This document shows, piece after piece, positions 9,191 through 15,769 of a stretch of DNA of 24,000 nt. The stretch comes from Nitrososphaerota archaeon (GTDB lineage: Archaea > Thermoproteota > Nitrososphaeria > Nitrososphaerales > Nitrosopumilaceae), in the NCBI GenBank assembly GCA_016215465.1, contig JACRJT010000021.1:116547-140546 (forward strand), given 5' to 3'. Position 1 is the first letter of the stretch. Each line of letters opens with the position of its first letter. Below the pieces are notes generated by a model. That model saw only the letters and a program-made list of their open reading frames with translations, searched no databases and was not told the origin of the DNA. Position numbers and translations under genes: made by a program.

Positions 9191-9996
9191 ACCATTTTTG
9201 CTTTTCTGTATGATCCGAGCACTTTCATAAATACAGTTCTCTGCCTTATTTTTTCCAAAATTCCCTGTATTACAGGATCTTCTTTGGTACCGTCAAAGTC
9301 CATGTAGAAATTGTATTCCCACGGAGTGCTCTTGTTTGGCCTTGATTCTATTTTTGTGAGATTTACCTTGAAATCATTAAACTCTTTTAGTATGTTAAAC
9401 AGTGCTCCGGCCTCATGTTTGACTGAAAATATGATTGATGTCTTGTCTCCATCATCTAGAGATTTTTTTGCCAATACCAAAAATCGTGTATAATTATTAG
9501 TATTGTCTTCAATTCCTTCCATGATTATTGGAACTTGGTATATTTCAGATGCCCTCTTGCTTGCAATGCAGCTGATGTTTTTCTTGTTCAAGTCTTTTAT
9601 TATTCTGACACTTCCAGCCGTGTCATATGTCGGAATTGTCTTTAGCTTGTGATCCTGAATGAATTTCCTACATTGCCCAAGTGCCTGTGGGTGCGAATAC
9701 ACAGTATCAATACCATCTATTCCATCAAATCCAATCAGACAATGCCTTACCCTGTAGTATATCTCTCCAACTATTGTCAAGCTAGTAGATACCAACAAAT
9801 CATAACTCTCACCTACACTACCCTCAAGTGAATTTTCTACTGGTAGTACTGAATAGTCGGTATCTCCTCTCTGGGTAGATTCTACTACTTCGGCAAATGT
9901 CGCAAGGGGAACCGTATCTATTGATTCTTTAAAAAATGAAATCGCTGCATCCTCACTATACGCGCCTCGTTCTCCTTGGAACGATACTCTGTACAT
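9187..9996 (-). CDS. pheA: Prephenate dehydratase (PDT + ACT domains)
   Basis: VSFQGERGAYSEDAA start, VENSLEGSV and TRFLVL. ACT-domain signature LTKIESRPNK and WEYNFYMDF. Confidence 0.9.
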   Translation of the reverse strand: MYRVSFQGERGAYSEDAAISFFKESIDTVPLATFAEVVESTQRGDTDYSVLPVENSLEGSVGESYDLLVSTSLTIVGEIYYRVRHCLIGFDGIDGIDTVYSHPQALGQCRKFIQDHKLKTIPTYDTAGSVRIIKDLNKKNISCIASKRASEIYQVPIIMEGIEDNTNNYTRFLVLAKKSLDDGDKTSIIFSVKHEAGALFNILKEFNDFKVNLTKIESRPNKSTPWEYNFYMDFDGTKEDPVIQGILEKIRQRTVFMKVLGSYRKAKMV

Positions 9997-9997
9997 T

Positions 9998-10543
9998 TTA
10001 ATCTCTTAGTTTCAGAAAATCGCTCTTTTCAAAATTGGTTGATATCTTGCGGTCCTCAACAAATCCACAGTTTGGGCACTTGACTCTGTCTCTTAGCGGA
10101 ACCACGCTTCCAGCACAAATGTTACATTTTGTAAATAATACTCCTAGCTCGGGCTCGTCAATTGTTGCATGTATTGTACCGTTTAGGTGATTTTCAATTT
10201 TTAGTGTAATTACATCATTTACCCTAGCAATGATTCTTCTTCTGTCCATGTTTTGGCATATGCATTCCACTCCTGACGAATTTGGTTTGCCGTTTATGTA
10301 GTGTATGGCAACTGCAATCATCGATGATAATACTGCTGCCACTGTGCCTATGACGATGTCGCCTTTTTTTGGTATCGCAATCTGTTTTCCGTTTTCCACT
10401 TGTGCAATCTTATTTTTTTTATCGATATTTACAATTCCAATTGTAGATGCCCTAATCTTACTACCATCATCAAAGGTGTTGTTTCCTGCTTCCATTTCTT
10501 CAATAGATCCAAGCGTATCGCCAGGTATGACAAAATCTTCCAT
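9998..10543 (-). CDS. csl4: Exosome complex RNA-binding subunit Csl4 (S1 domain + C-terminal zinc ribbon)
   Basis: N-terminal VIPGDTLG. S1-like core GDIVIGTV...ARVNDVITLKI. Zinc ribbon C..C(x16)C..C (CNICAGSVVPLRDRVKCPNCG). Stop is 1 nt from the pheA start. Confidence 0.8.
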   Translation of the reverse strand: MEDFVIPGDTLGSIEEMEAGNNTFDDGSKIRASTIGIVNIDKKNKIAQVENGKQIAIPKKGDIVIGTVAAVLSSMIAVAIHYINGKPNSSGVECICQNMDRRRIIARVNDVITLKIENHLNGTIHATIDEPELGVLFTKCNICAGSVVPLRDRVKCPNCGFVEDRKISTNFEKSDFLKLRD

Positions 10544-10598
10544 ATTATTTCCTGATTTGGTTAATTATTAATTGGTTTTGCATCCAAAACGGGCGAAT

Positions 10599-10967
10599 CT
10601 AAATTTCAGACTCGCAAACAGGCATATCCTTTAGGATGTCCTTTCCATCCTCGTCTATAATCGACGGTGCAACAAGACAAATTTTGCCGTTTTTTCTCTT
10701 ACAGTAAACCTCTGACTCGTTATTTTCCTTGTCTCTTGCCCAAAAGGAATGCGTTTGTGAAAAATTGGGACTCTGGCCACTTTTTTCGTAAATTTCTTCT
10801 GCAGTCCATATCTGATCCTTTGCGACTGATGTACTGCCAAGCTTCATTCCTTTAATGCCAACAATGTCACCTTCCTCATCTTTGACTATGCAGCTAACGT
10901 GAATCCTAGCTTTTGGATATCTGATAAAATTCTTTTTTGTGTGTGAAAAATTAGTCTTGCGTGCCAT
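10599..10967 (-). CDS. Hypothetical protein, possibly DUF3892-like
   Basis: 122 aa. The pattern IHVSCIVKDEEGDIVGIKG...WTAEEIYE...LVAPSIIDEDGKDILKDMPVC resembles my memory of DUF3892 (I..v.kd..g.I..ig...W..ee.i......D......L..LP.C). Weak assignment. Confidence 0.4.
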   Translation of the reverse strand: MARKTNFSHTKKNFIRYPKARIHVSCIVKDEEGDIVGIKGMKLGSTSVAKDQIWTAEEIYEKSGQSPNFSQTHSFWARDKENNESEVYCKRKNGKICLVAPSIIDEDGKDILKDMPVCESEI

Positions 10968-11073
10968 TTACATCATTATGAAAAACGAGAATCGGTTTTT
11001 GTACTCAAATTACTTTCCTTTTCATAAAAACTCTTCAATTCATCAATATTAACATTATTGTTGTGCACAAATT

Positions 11074-12069
11074 TTACAACCAGTGTGGAATTTGCAAGTA
11101 TCCCTCAATGCTTTCGTTTCTTAATATTTTTAGCAATGCGCTTGCTTGGGGTGTGGACAAGACAGGCTTGTCAAATTGATTATCAGTTGAAATTCTTGGA
11201 CACGCAACTTGGATAAATGCATCAATTCCCTTCAAATTACGCAATCTGTCATTTGTAATATCTGTGATTGCAAACAGCTGAACTATTTTTCCTTCTTTTT
11301 CAAGCTCGCGCTTGAATTTGAGTGCGGTAGTTTTTGAGAGCTGGCCTTCTTTGAGACCGACTATTACTCCAAATGTTTTTGCGTCGACTGCCTTGTAAAT
11401 TGCAAGAGTTGCTTTTGTCTGCAGTTTTTGTGCAAACTCTGTTACCTCTCTGACCTCGTTAAAGTAAGGATCTAAGACATAGGTTGGCTTGTTTGTTGAA
11501 AGCGCAAGACCTGCTGCATGGAAATTACTCTGCCCCATGAAGACGTTTGCATCAACTTGGTTTTGCACCTCTTGTGCCGGATAAAACTCGCATCCAAATA
11601 CTTGCCCGTCATTTAACTGGCCTTTACCCTTTCCTATTTTTACTTGGATCCCGTTTTCTTCTAGAGTCTTGCGGACTGCATCAATTTGGTTGAGGTGCTG
11701 ACTGTCAGTGACAAGCGATACAGTCTTGCCCTTTAGAATATCTGCACACTTTACTGTTACACTCTCAAAGGAAATATCATCAAAGGCGTCTATCATCACC
11801 ACGTTGTCCTGAAAAGTTGACATGCTTATCGTGTGACCAATATTGAACAAGATATCGGCAGCTAGAGTTTTTGCGCCGTTTGAATTCAAATCACACGTTC
11901 CCCACGTGGTGTCTGCAATCACGTATGCTGGGATGCCAAATCTGTTCATTATATTTACTGCAGCATCTTGGACTTTTGGAATAATTCCCTCTGGGCCGTT
12001 AAGTGCAACAGATACAGGCTTGCGCTCTTGAATTATCTTGAAGATTTTGTCTTCGTCTATCACTATCAT
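11074..12069 (-). CDS. dph2: Diphthamide synthesis radical-SAM enzyme Dph2 (2-(3-amino-3-carboxypropyl)histidine synthase)
   Basis: Archaeal Dph2 layout: VALNGPEGI, ADTTWGTCDL, FNIGHT, GCEFYP, VACPRISTD. Confidence 0.85.
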   Translation of the reverse strand: MIVIDEDKIFKIIQERKPVSVALNGPEGIIPKVQDAAVNIMNRFGIPAYVIADTTWGTCDLNSNGAKTLAADILFNIGHTISMSTFQDNVVMIDAFDDISFESVTVKCADILKGKTVSLVTDSQHLNQIDAVRKTLEENGIQVKIGKGKGQLNDGQVFGCEFYPAQEVQNQVDANVFMGQSNFHAAGLALSTNKPTYVLDPYFNEVREVTEFAQKLQTKATLAIYKAVDAKTFGVIVGLKEGQLSKTTALKFKRELEKEGKIVQLFAITDITNDRLRNLKGIDAFIQVACPRISTDNQFDKPVLSTPQASALLKILRNESIEGYLQIPHWL

Positions 12070-12152
12070 TTGAACAGATAACCATCTGTCAATTTTAATT
12101 TAAACCAAGCTGAATGGTAAATCACAAATGTCTGATTATTCTGTACTAATTA

Positions 12153-12569
12153 GTGCAAAAAGAGACAATCCTGAACATAGGCTTTGATGATACCGACTCC
12201 CCAAAGGGAATGTGCACCACTTATCTTGCATACAAGTTGGTTGATTCACTAAAAAAAGAAAAAGTAGAGTTTCTTGACTATCCAAGATTGATACGGTTCA
12301 ATCCCAACATACCATGGAAGACGCGCGGAAATGGGGCAGTTGCATTAAAACTCAAAACAAGCAAGCCAGATCTGGTAAAAAACAAAGTAATTAGATTCGT
12401 AAAGAAATTCTCCGACCTAAAAAATGGAGCAAATCCTGCAGTAGTCTTTTTTGAAAGCACAGCCATTCCGGAAGAATTTACGCAATTTAGCAAGCATGCG
12501 TTGTGGCAGCTGATAAGCAGAAATCACGCAAAAAAGTTTGTTGCAGACCATAACTTGGAGTCGTTTTAA
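12153..12569 (+). CDS. tiaS: tRNA(Ile2) agmatidine synthetase TiaS, N-terminal fragment (ends at an in-frame TAA)
   Basis: GTG start. The hallmark TiaS N-terminus IGFDDTDSPKGMCTTYLA (Thr18 kinase domain), then YPRLIRFNPNIPWKTRGNGAV. Terminated by TAA at 12567-12569 in the same frame as the next fragment. Confidence 0.85.
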   Translation: MQKETILNIGFDDTDSPKGMCTTYLAYKLVDSLKKEKVEFLDYPRLIRFNPNIPWKTRGNGAVALKLKTSKPDLVKNKVIRFVKKFSDLKNGANPAVVFFESTAIPEEFTQFSKHALWQLISRNHAKKFVADHNLESF

Positions 12570-12710
12570 AATGGAAATGGCCAGGGACTGGTTGGAGCAA
12601 TAGGTGCAATCGGATATAGATTTTCTGATCATACCTTTGAGCTGCTCAGCTATAGAAAAAAATCACAGTTTGGGAAAAAACGAAAGCTCGTCGCAGATAG
12701 CGTAAGACAA

Positions 12711-13481
12711 ATGCAGGAAAAGACATACCCGAGGACCTTTAACAGCTATGACACAAAAAAACAGAGAATCTTATTTGCACCGCATGGCCCAGATCCCGTG
12801 TTCTTCGGTATTAGGGGGGAGGACGTAGGCTCATTACTTGATGCATCGCAACTAATCAAAACCCAAGAAAAGCCAGCCGGCCACATGATCTTCAAGTCCA
12901 ACCAGGGGACAGGAGATCACCTCCAAAATGAAATTGATATTCATTCCCTAAGGCCATATTGCTCTGGAATGATAACTGGTGTCGTTTCAGTGGAGCCAAA
13001 AATAGAAAAGGGTGGACATGTGATGTTTGCAATAAAAAAAGACGACACTGAAATAAAATGTGCAGTCTACAAGGAAACTGGAATAACAGAACACGCCGCA
13101 AATCTGATTGTAGGAGATAAAATTTGTGTGGGTGGCGGAATCAGAAAGGCATCACGCAAGCATAGCCGTATACTCAATGTGGAATTTTTTCAGGTTTTGA
13201 GCTTGGGAAAAAAATCAATCCTAGTTAATCCCGCATGCGCAAAATGCAAAAAGCACATGAAGTCAAAGGGCAAGGGTCAGGGCTTTGAATGCGTAAGATG
13301 TGGAAAAAAATCACCCAAAAAAGAAATCAAGCAAGTCTCCAGACAAATAAAAAAGCAAATCTACATCCCGCAAGTATCTGCGCACAGGCATCTTACACGG
13401 CCGCAACAAAGACTTGGAACTGCAAACAAGGAGGCAAGATTTGATAATTCTACTCCATGGTTTTACGCTAATCAAAACTGA
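12711..13481 (+). CDS. tiaS: TiaS C-terminal fragment (homology actually resumes at 12570, right after the stop)
   Basis: Same reading frame as 12153..12569. Codons 12570-12710 read NGNGQGLVGAIGAIGYRFSDHTFELLSYRKK..., matching the conserved GRGLIGALAAVG...FTLELIAYR block of A. fulgidus TiaS. There is no ATG, GTG or TTG in frame before 12711. Downstream: PVFFGIRGE, an OB-like region, zinc ribbon CAKCKKHMKSKGKGQGFECVRCG, and SAHRHLTRP. Confidence 0.85.
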   Translation: MQEKTYPRTFNSYDTKKQRILFAPHGPDPVFFGIRGEDVGSLLDASQLIKTQEKPAGHMIFKSNQGTGDHLQNEIDIHSLRPYCSGMITGVVSVEPKIEKGGHVMFAIKKDDTEIKCAVYKETGITEHAANLIVGDKICVGGGIRKASRKHSRILNVEFFQVLSLGKKSILVNPACAKCKKHMKSKGKGQGFECVRCGKKSPKKEIKQVSRQIKKQIYIPQVSAHRHLTRPQQRLGTANKEARFDNSTPWFYANQN

Positions 13482-13791
13482 ACTGACGGTTTCTATCAAC
13501 ATGATTTTACAATCCAACCTATTTACAAATGCGTCATATCAAGGATCCCGAATATTTCTTACCATTCTGTGATTTTTGACTGTTCTGAGTCTGGATGTAG
13601 CTTTAACTTGAGATTCTTTACAACAGACTAATTTGCAGTGTACTGTTTTATATTGAGTGAAATCTGTGTTTGTCTTACGTTGACAGTTATCTCTTATCCT
13701 AGCCATGAAGAGTTTGGATTTTCCCATTCATATCTATGAGCATGTGATCATTTGTATTTCACGGGATCATATCTGATGGTTAGGGTGCGGC

Positions 13792-14433
13792 TCATAAAGC
13801 TAAAACAGGAATTCCATTCTCCTTGGATCCATTCAAAATCTTGTCAAGCAACAATTTCTTTTCTGAATGATTGAATCCGATCGCTTTTTGGAATTTCATT
13901 AAATCTCTTCTTGATACTGTAAGATACCAGCTATCATCGCAGTTGGGTCCAGTTATTCTAGATGGAACACCAATAGTATTCATTAAACATCTAGCTTGAT
14001 TTAGGCCTGCACTGTTCATACTTTTAACTCTGACCACAAAATTTGTCTTATCTACTGTGCCCTCATCATCAAAAAATGCCCTTAACCAGAAAATCTTCAC
14101 TGTTTTTTCAGATTTCAGTATTTCATTTCCTATGCACCAGCCTAAAGTGCTTCCACCACCAAGCTCTTTGATTCTTGAATACACCCTCTTAGATTTGAAG
14201 ATCAAATCCGTAGATTTCCTTCTTCTGACCGTGATTTTGTAGACCCCAAGCACATCTTTCGAAAACTCTTCTAGCAACTTCTGGTTCGTATTGCAGTAAC
14301 CTACCTCGTATCTTCTTCTATTCCTGTGATATCGTCTCCCATTTACAATCTGTAAGCTTTCTTTCTCTACATAGGTTATCATCCATCCATCCGAGCATAC
14401 ATGTGCGGCTATTCTAGCTTCCTCTGGTTCCAT
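13792..14433 (-). CDS. Free-standing double-motif LAGLIDADG homing endonuclease-like protein
   Basis: 213 aa with two dodecapeptide-type motifs about 105 residues apart: ARIAAHVCSDGWM and FWLRAFFDDEGTV. Both keep the acidic residue before Gly (D, E). No flanking Hint or intein blocks, and the gene is not inside an rRNA or tRNA intron. Confidence 0.7.
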   Translation of the reverse strand: MEPEEARIAAHVCSDGWMITYVEKESLQIVNGRRYHRNRRRYEVGYCNTNQKLLEEFSKDVLGVYKITVRRRKSTDLIFKSKRVYSRIKELGGGSTLGWCIGNEILKSEKTVKIFWLRAFFDDEGTVDKTNFVVRVKSMNSAGLNQARCLMNTIGVPSRITGPNCDDSWYLTVSRRDLMKFQKAIGFNHSEKKLLLDKILNGSKENGIPVLAL

Positions 14434-14480
14434 CTTGTCTTGTTAGTTTCAACGAGAAAATAAGATTAGCGGGGAGTAGA

Positions 14481-14502
14481 CTTTCAGGAGTTTTTAGCTC
14501 CA
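14481..14502 (-). other. tRNA intron 3 (22 nt, T-loop, position 59/60)
   Basis: Minus strand UGGAGCUAAAAACUCCUGAAAG. It forms a textbook hBHBh' motif: AGUAG(h)-UUCA(H)-AAU(bulge)-GGAG(h')-CUAAAAA-CUCC(h')-UGAA(H)-AGU(bulge)-CUACU(h). The predicted cuts leave the T-loop UUCAAAU. Confidence 0.75.
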
Positions 14503-14524
14503 TTTGAACTACTGATCTGCGGGT

Positions 14525-14541
14525 ATCACATCGATTATGAT
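14525..14541 (-). other. tRNA intron 2 (17 nt, anticodon loop, 37/38 or equivalently 38/39)
   Basis: Minus strand AUCAUAAUCGAUGUGAU. Removal restores GCGGG-CUCAUAA-CCCGC. UCAU of the anticodon loop can pair with GUGA near the intron 3' end (relaxed BHB). The exact junction is ambiguous by 1 nt because of flanking A residues. Confidence 0.7.
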
Positions 14542-14561
14542 TATGAGCCCGCCGGGATGAC

Positions 14562-14576
14562 TTAGTCCTATGAAGA
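14562..14576 (-). other. tRNA intron 1 (15 nt, D-loop, between G18 and G19)
   Basis: Minus strand UCUUCAUAGGACUAA. BHB-like fold: central helix AGUC/GACU flanked by 3-nt bulges AGU and AAG. Cutting 2 nt into each bulge gives the D-loop AGUCAGGUCA with the G18G19 pair. The outer and inner helices are weak. Confidence 0.6.
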
Positions 14577-14618
14577 CTGACTTCCCCACCCCGCTGACTA
14601 AAAATTAGGTCTCAGGGG

Positions 14619-14626
14619 ATATATAC
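14619..14626 (-). promoter_or_regulatory. TATA box for the tRNAiMet gene
   Basis: Minus strand GUAUAUAUC is centred about 27 nt upstream of tRNA nucleotide 1 (14595). A purine-rich BRE-like stretch (AAAAAUGAGAG) precedes it. This is the standard archaeal promoter spacing. Confidence 0.55.
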
Positions 14627-14673
14627 TCTCATTTTTCCAAATAATTAATACTGTTTCAAAGCTCGTCTTTGTT

Positions 14674-15768
14674 GTGAATAAAAAAATTCGAATAGCTGGA
14701 ATTATTGCCGCACTGGCAGTATCTGCAATTATTCTTTCATCGCCGTCTAGTGCGCCTCCGCTGCCGCAACCAAATGTGGAATCAAAAAACGAATCCATCC
14801 AAGTTCTTGCAACGAATCTCAAAAAGCCTTGGGCCATTGCATTTGCCCAAGACAGAATCTTTGTGACAGAAAAGGAAGGCGCGATCAGAGTGATTCAGTC
14901 AAACACTTTACTTGATGAGCCTCTGACGGTTTTGAGAGCTGCAAGCATTTACGGGGGAGGATTGCTTGGAATTACGACACATCCGAACTTTGAAAATAAC
15001 CATTTCCTTTATGCATATTACACATATTCTGAAAATGATGCACTTCTCAACAAGGTTCTTCGCATAACTGAATCAGATAACAAACTCATAGATGCGATAA
15101 CCATAATTGATAAAATTCCTGGTTCGCAGTTCTATAATGGCGGCGTGATAAAATTCGGACCAGATGGAAAATTATACATTGCTACAGGTCTGCCGTCTGA
15201 AAACTCTCACGATTCTCAGGATTTATCCTCACTTGCAGGAAAAATTCTTCGACTAAACGATGATGGAACAATACCTGACGATAATCCATTTCCAAACTCG
15301 CCTGTATTTTCTCTAGGACACAGAGACCCGCAGGGTATGGCATGGGACAAGCAAGGTGATCTCTATGTTACTGAGACAGGTCCGACAAAAAACGATGAAA
15401 TCAACCTTGTCAAACCAGGACAGAACTATGGTTGGCCAGAACAGGAATGCTCCGGAAAAGAAAGCTACGTTGATTCTGTAAAATGCTATGACCCCAGCAT
15501 AGAGCCTGGAGGAATTGTGTTTTATAGTGGAGACAAACTTGAATATAATGACAGCTTGATTATGGCAACATTGCGCGGATCAAACTTATACAAACTGGAC
15601 GTATCTGACAACAAAATATTATCACAAAAAAGCATATTGGGTGGAACTGGAAGAATCAGAGACGTAGGACTAGGACCTGATGGCTACCTTTACGTTATCA
15701 CATCAAATACGGATGGCAAGGCATTTCCTGACAAATCAGACGACAAGCTACTGAGAATATTGAAATAA
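14674..15768 (+). CDS. PQQ-dependent (soluble glucose/sorbosone dehydrogenase-type) beta-propeller sugar dehydrogenase with N-terminal signal/anchor
   Basis: GTG start and hydrophobic N-terminus IAGIIAALAVSAIIL. Family blocks GLLGITTHPNF..NHFLYAYYT, GGVIKFGPDGKLYIATG, GKILRLNDDGTIPDDNPF, SLGHRDPQGMAWD, NYGWP. Confidence 0.85.
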   Translation: MNKKIRIAGIIAALAVSAIILSSPSSAPPLPQPNVESKNESIQVLATNLKKPWAIAFAQDRIFVTEKEGAIRVIQSNTLLDEPLTVLRAASIYGGGLLGITTHPNFENNHFLYAYYTYSENDALLNKVLRITESDNKLIDAITIIDKIPGSQFYNGGVIKFGPDGKLYIATGLPSENSHDSQDLSSLAGKILRLNDDGTIPDDNPFPNSPVFSLGHRDPQGMAWDKQGDLYVTETGPTKNDEINLVKPGQNYGWPEQECSGKESYVDSVKCYDPSIEPGGIVFYSGDKLEYNDSLIMATLRGSNLYKLDVSDNKILSQKSILGGTGRIRDVGLGPDGYLYVITSNTDGKAFPDKSDDKLLRILK

Positions 15769-15769
15769 A

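Larger units (their letters stand above)
14467..14595 (-). tRNA. Initiator tRNA-Met (CAU) with three predicted introns; mature length 75 nt, no encoded CCA
   Basis: Hand fold of the minus strand after removing three segments. Acceptor AGCGGGG / CCCCGCU gives the A1:U72 pair, with discriminator A. U8 and G9 are followed by D-stem GGGA/UCCC and D-loop AGUCAGGUCA. The anticodon stem GCGGG/CCCGC supplies G29-G31:C39-C41, and the loop is CUCAUAA. Variable loop is AGAUC. T-stem AGUAG/CUACU supplies G53:C61, with T-loop UUCAAAU. Lengths add up: 75 + 15 + 17 + 22 = 129 nt, the full span. Confidence 0.8.

Noticed and set aside
10575-10590. Hairpin GTTTTG-CATC-CAAAAC just downstream of the 10599..10967 gene, a possible terminator.
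   Set aside because: It is an A/T-only 6-bp stem with no following oligo-T tract on the transcribed strand. Archaeal termination signals are T-runs, so this is not supportable.
13539-13727. 62-aa ORF (minus strand) in the spacer downstream of the LAGLIDADG gene.
   Set aside because: It is highly basic and Cys/Arg/Lys-rich, with no motif and no obvious promoter spacing. It cannot be supported as a gene from sequence alone. The spacer is kept as a finding instead.
13544-13768. Inverted repeat GATCCCG (13544-13550) / CGGGATC (13762-13768) with nearby ATAT, possibly ends of a MITE-like element or a long-range stem.
   Set aside because: Only 7 perfect bp, with an interrupted extension. A match of that length within a 300-bp interval is expected by chance about once, so it is not enough to call terminal repeats.
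13791-13797. A second CTCATAA heptamer (anticodon-loop-like), hinting at another tRNA-CAU or a duplicated tRNA fragment (att-like site).
   Set aside because: There are no flanking stems, acceptor or T-arm. A 7-mer is expected a few times by chance in 24 kb on two strands. No copy of the tRNA 3' end (CTACTCCCCGCT) occurs downstream of the endonuclease gene.
14467-14595. The idea that the CAU tRNA next to tiaS is tRNA-Ile2, the TiaS substrate (an enzyme-substrate gene pair).
   Set aside because: A1:U72 plus three consecutive G:C pairs at the bottom of the anticodon stem are initiator hallmarks. Elongator Met and Ile2 tRNAs normally start with G1:C72. The adjacency to tiaS is therefore probably coincidental.
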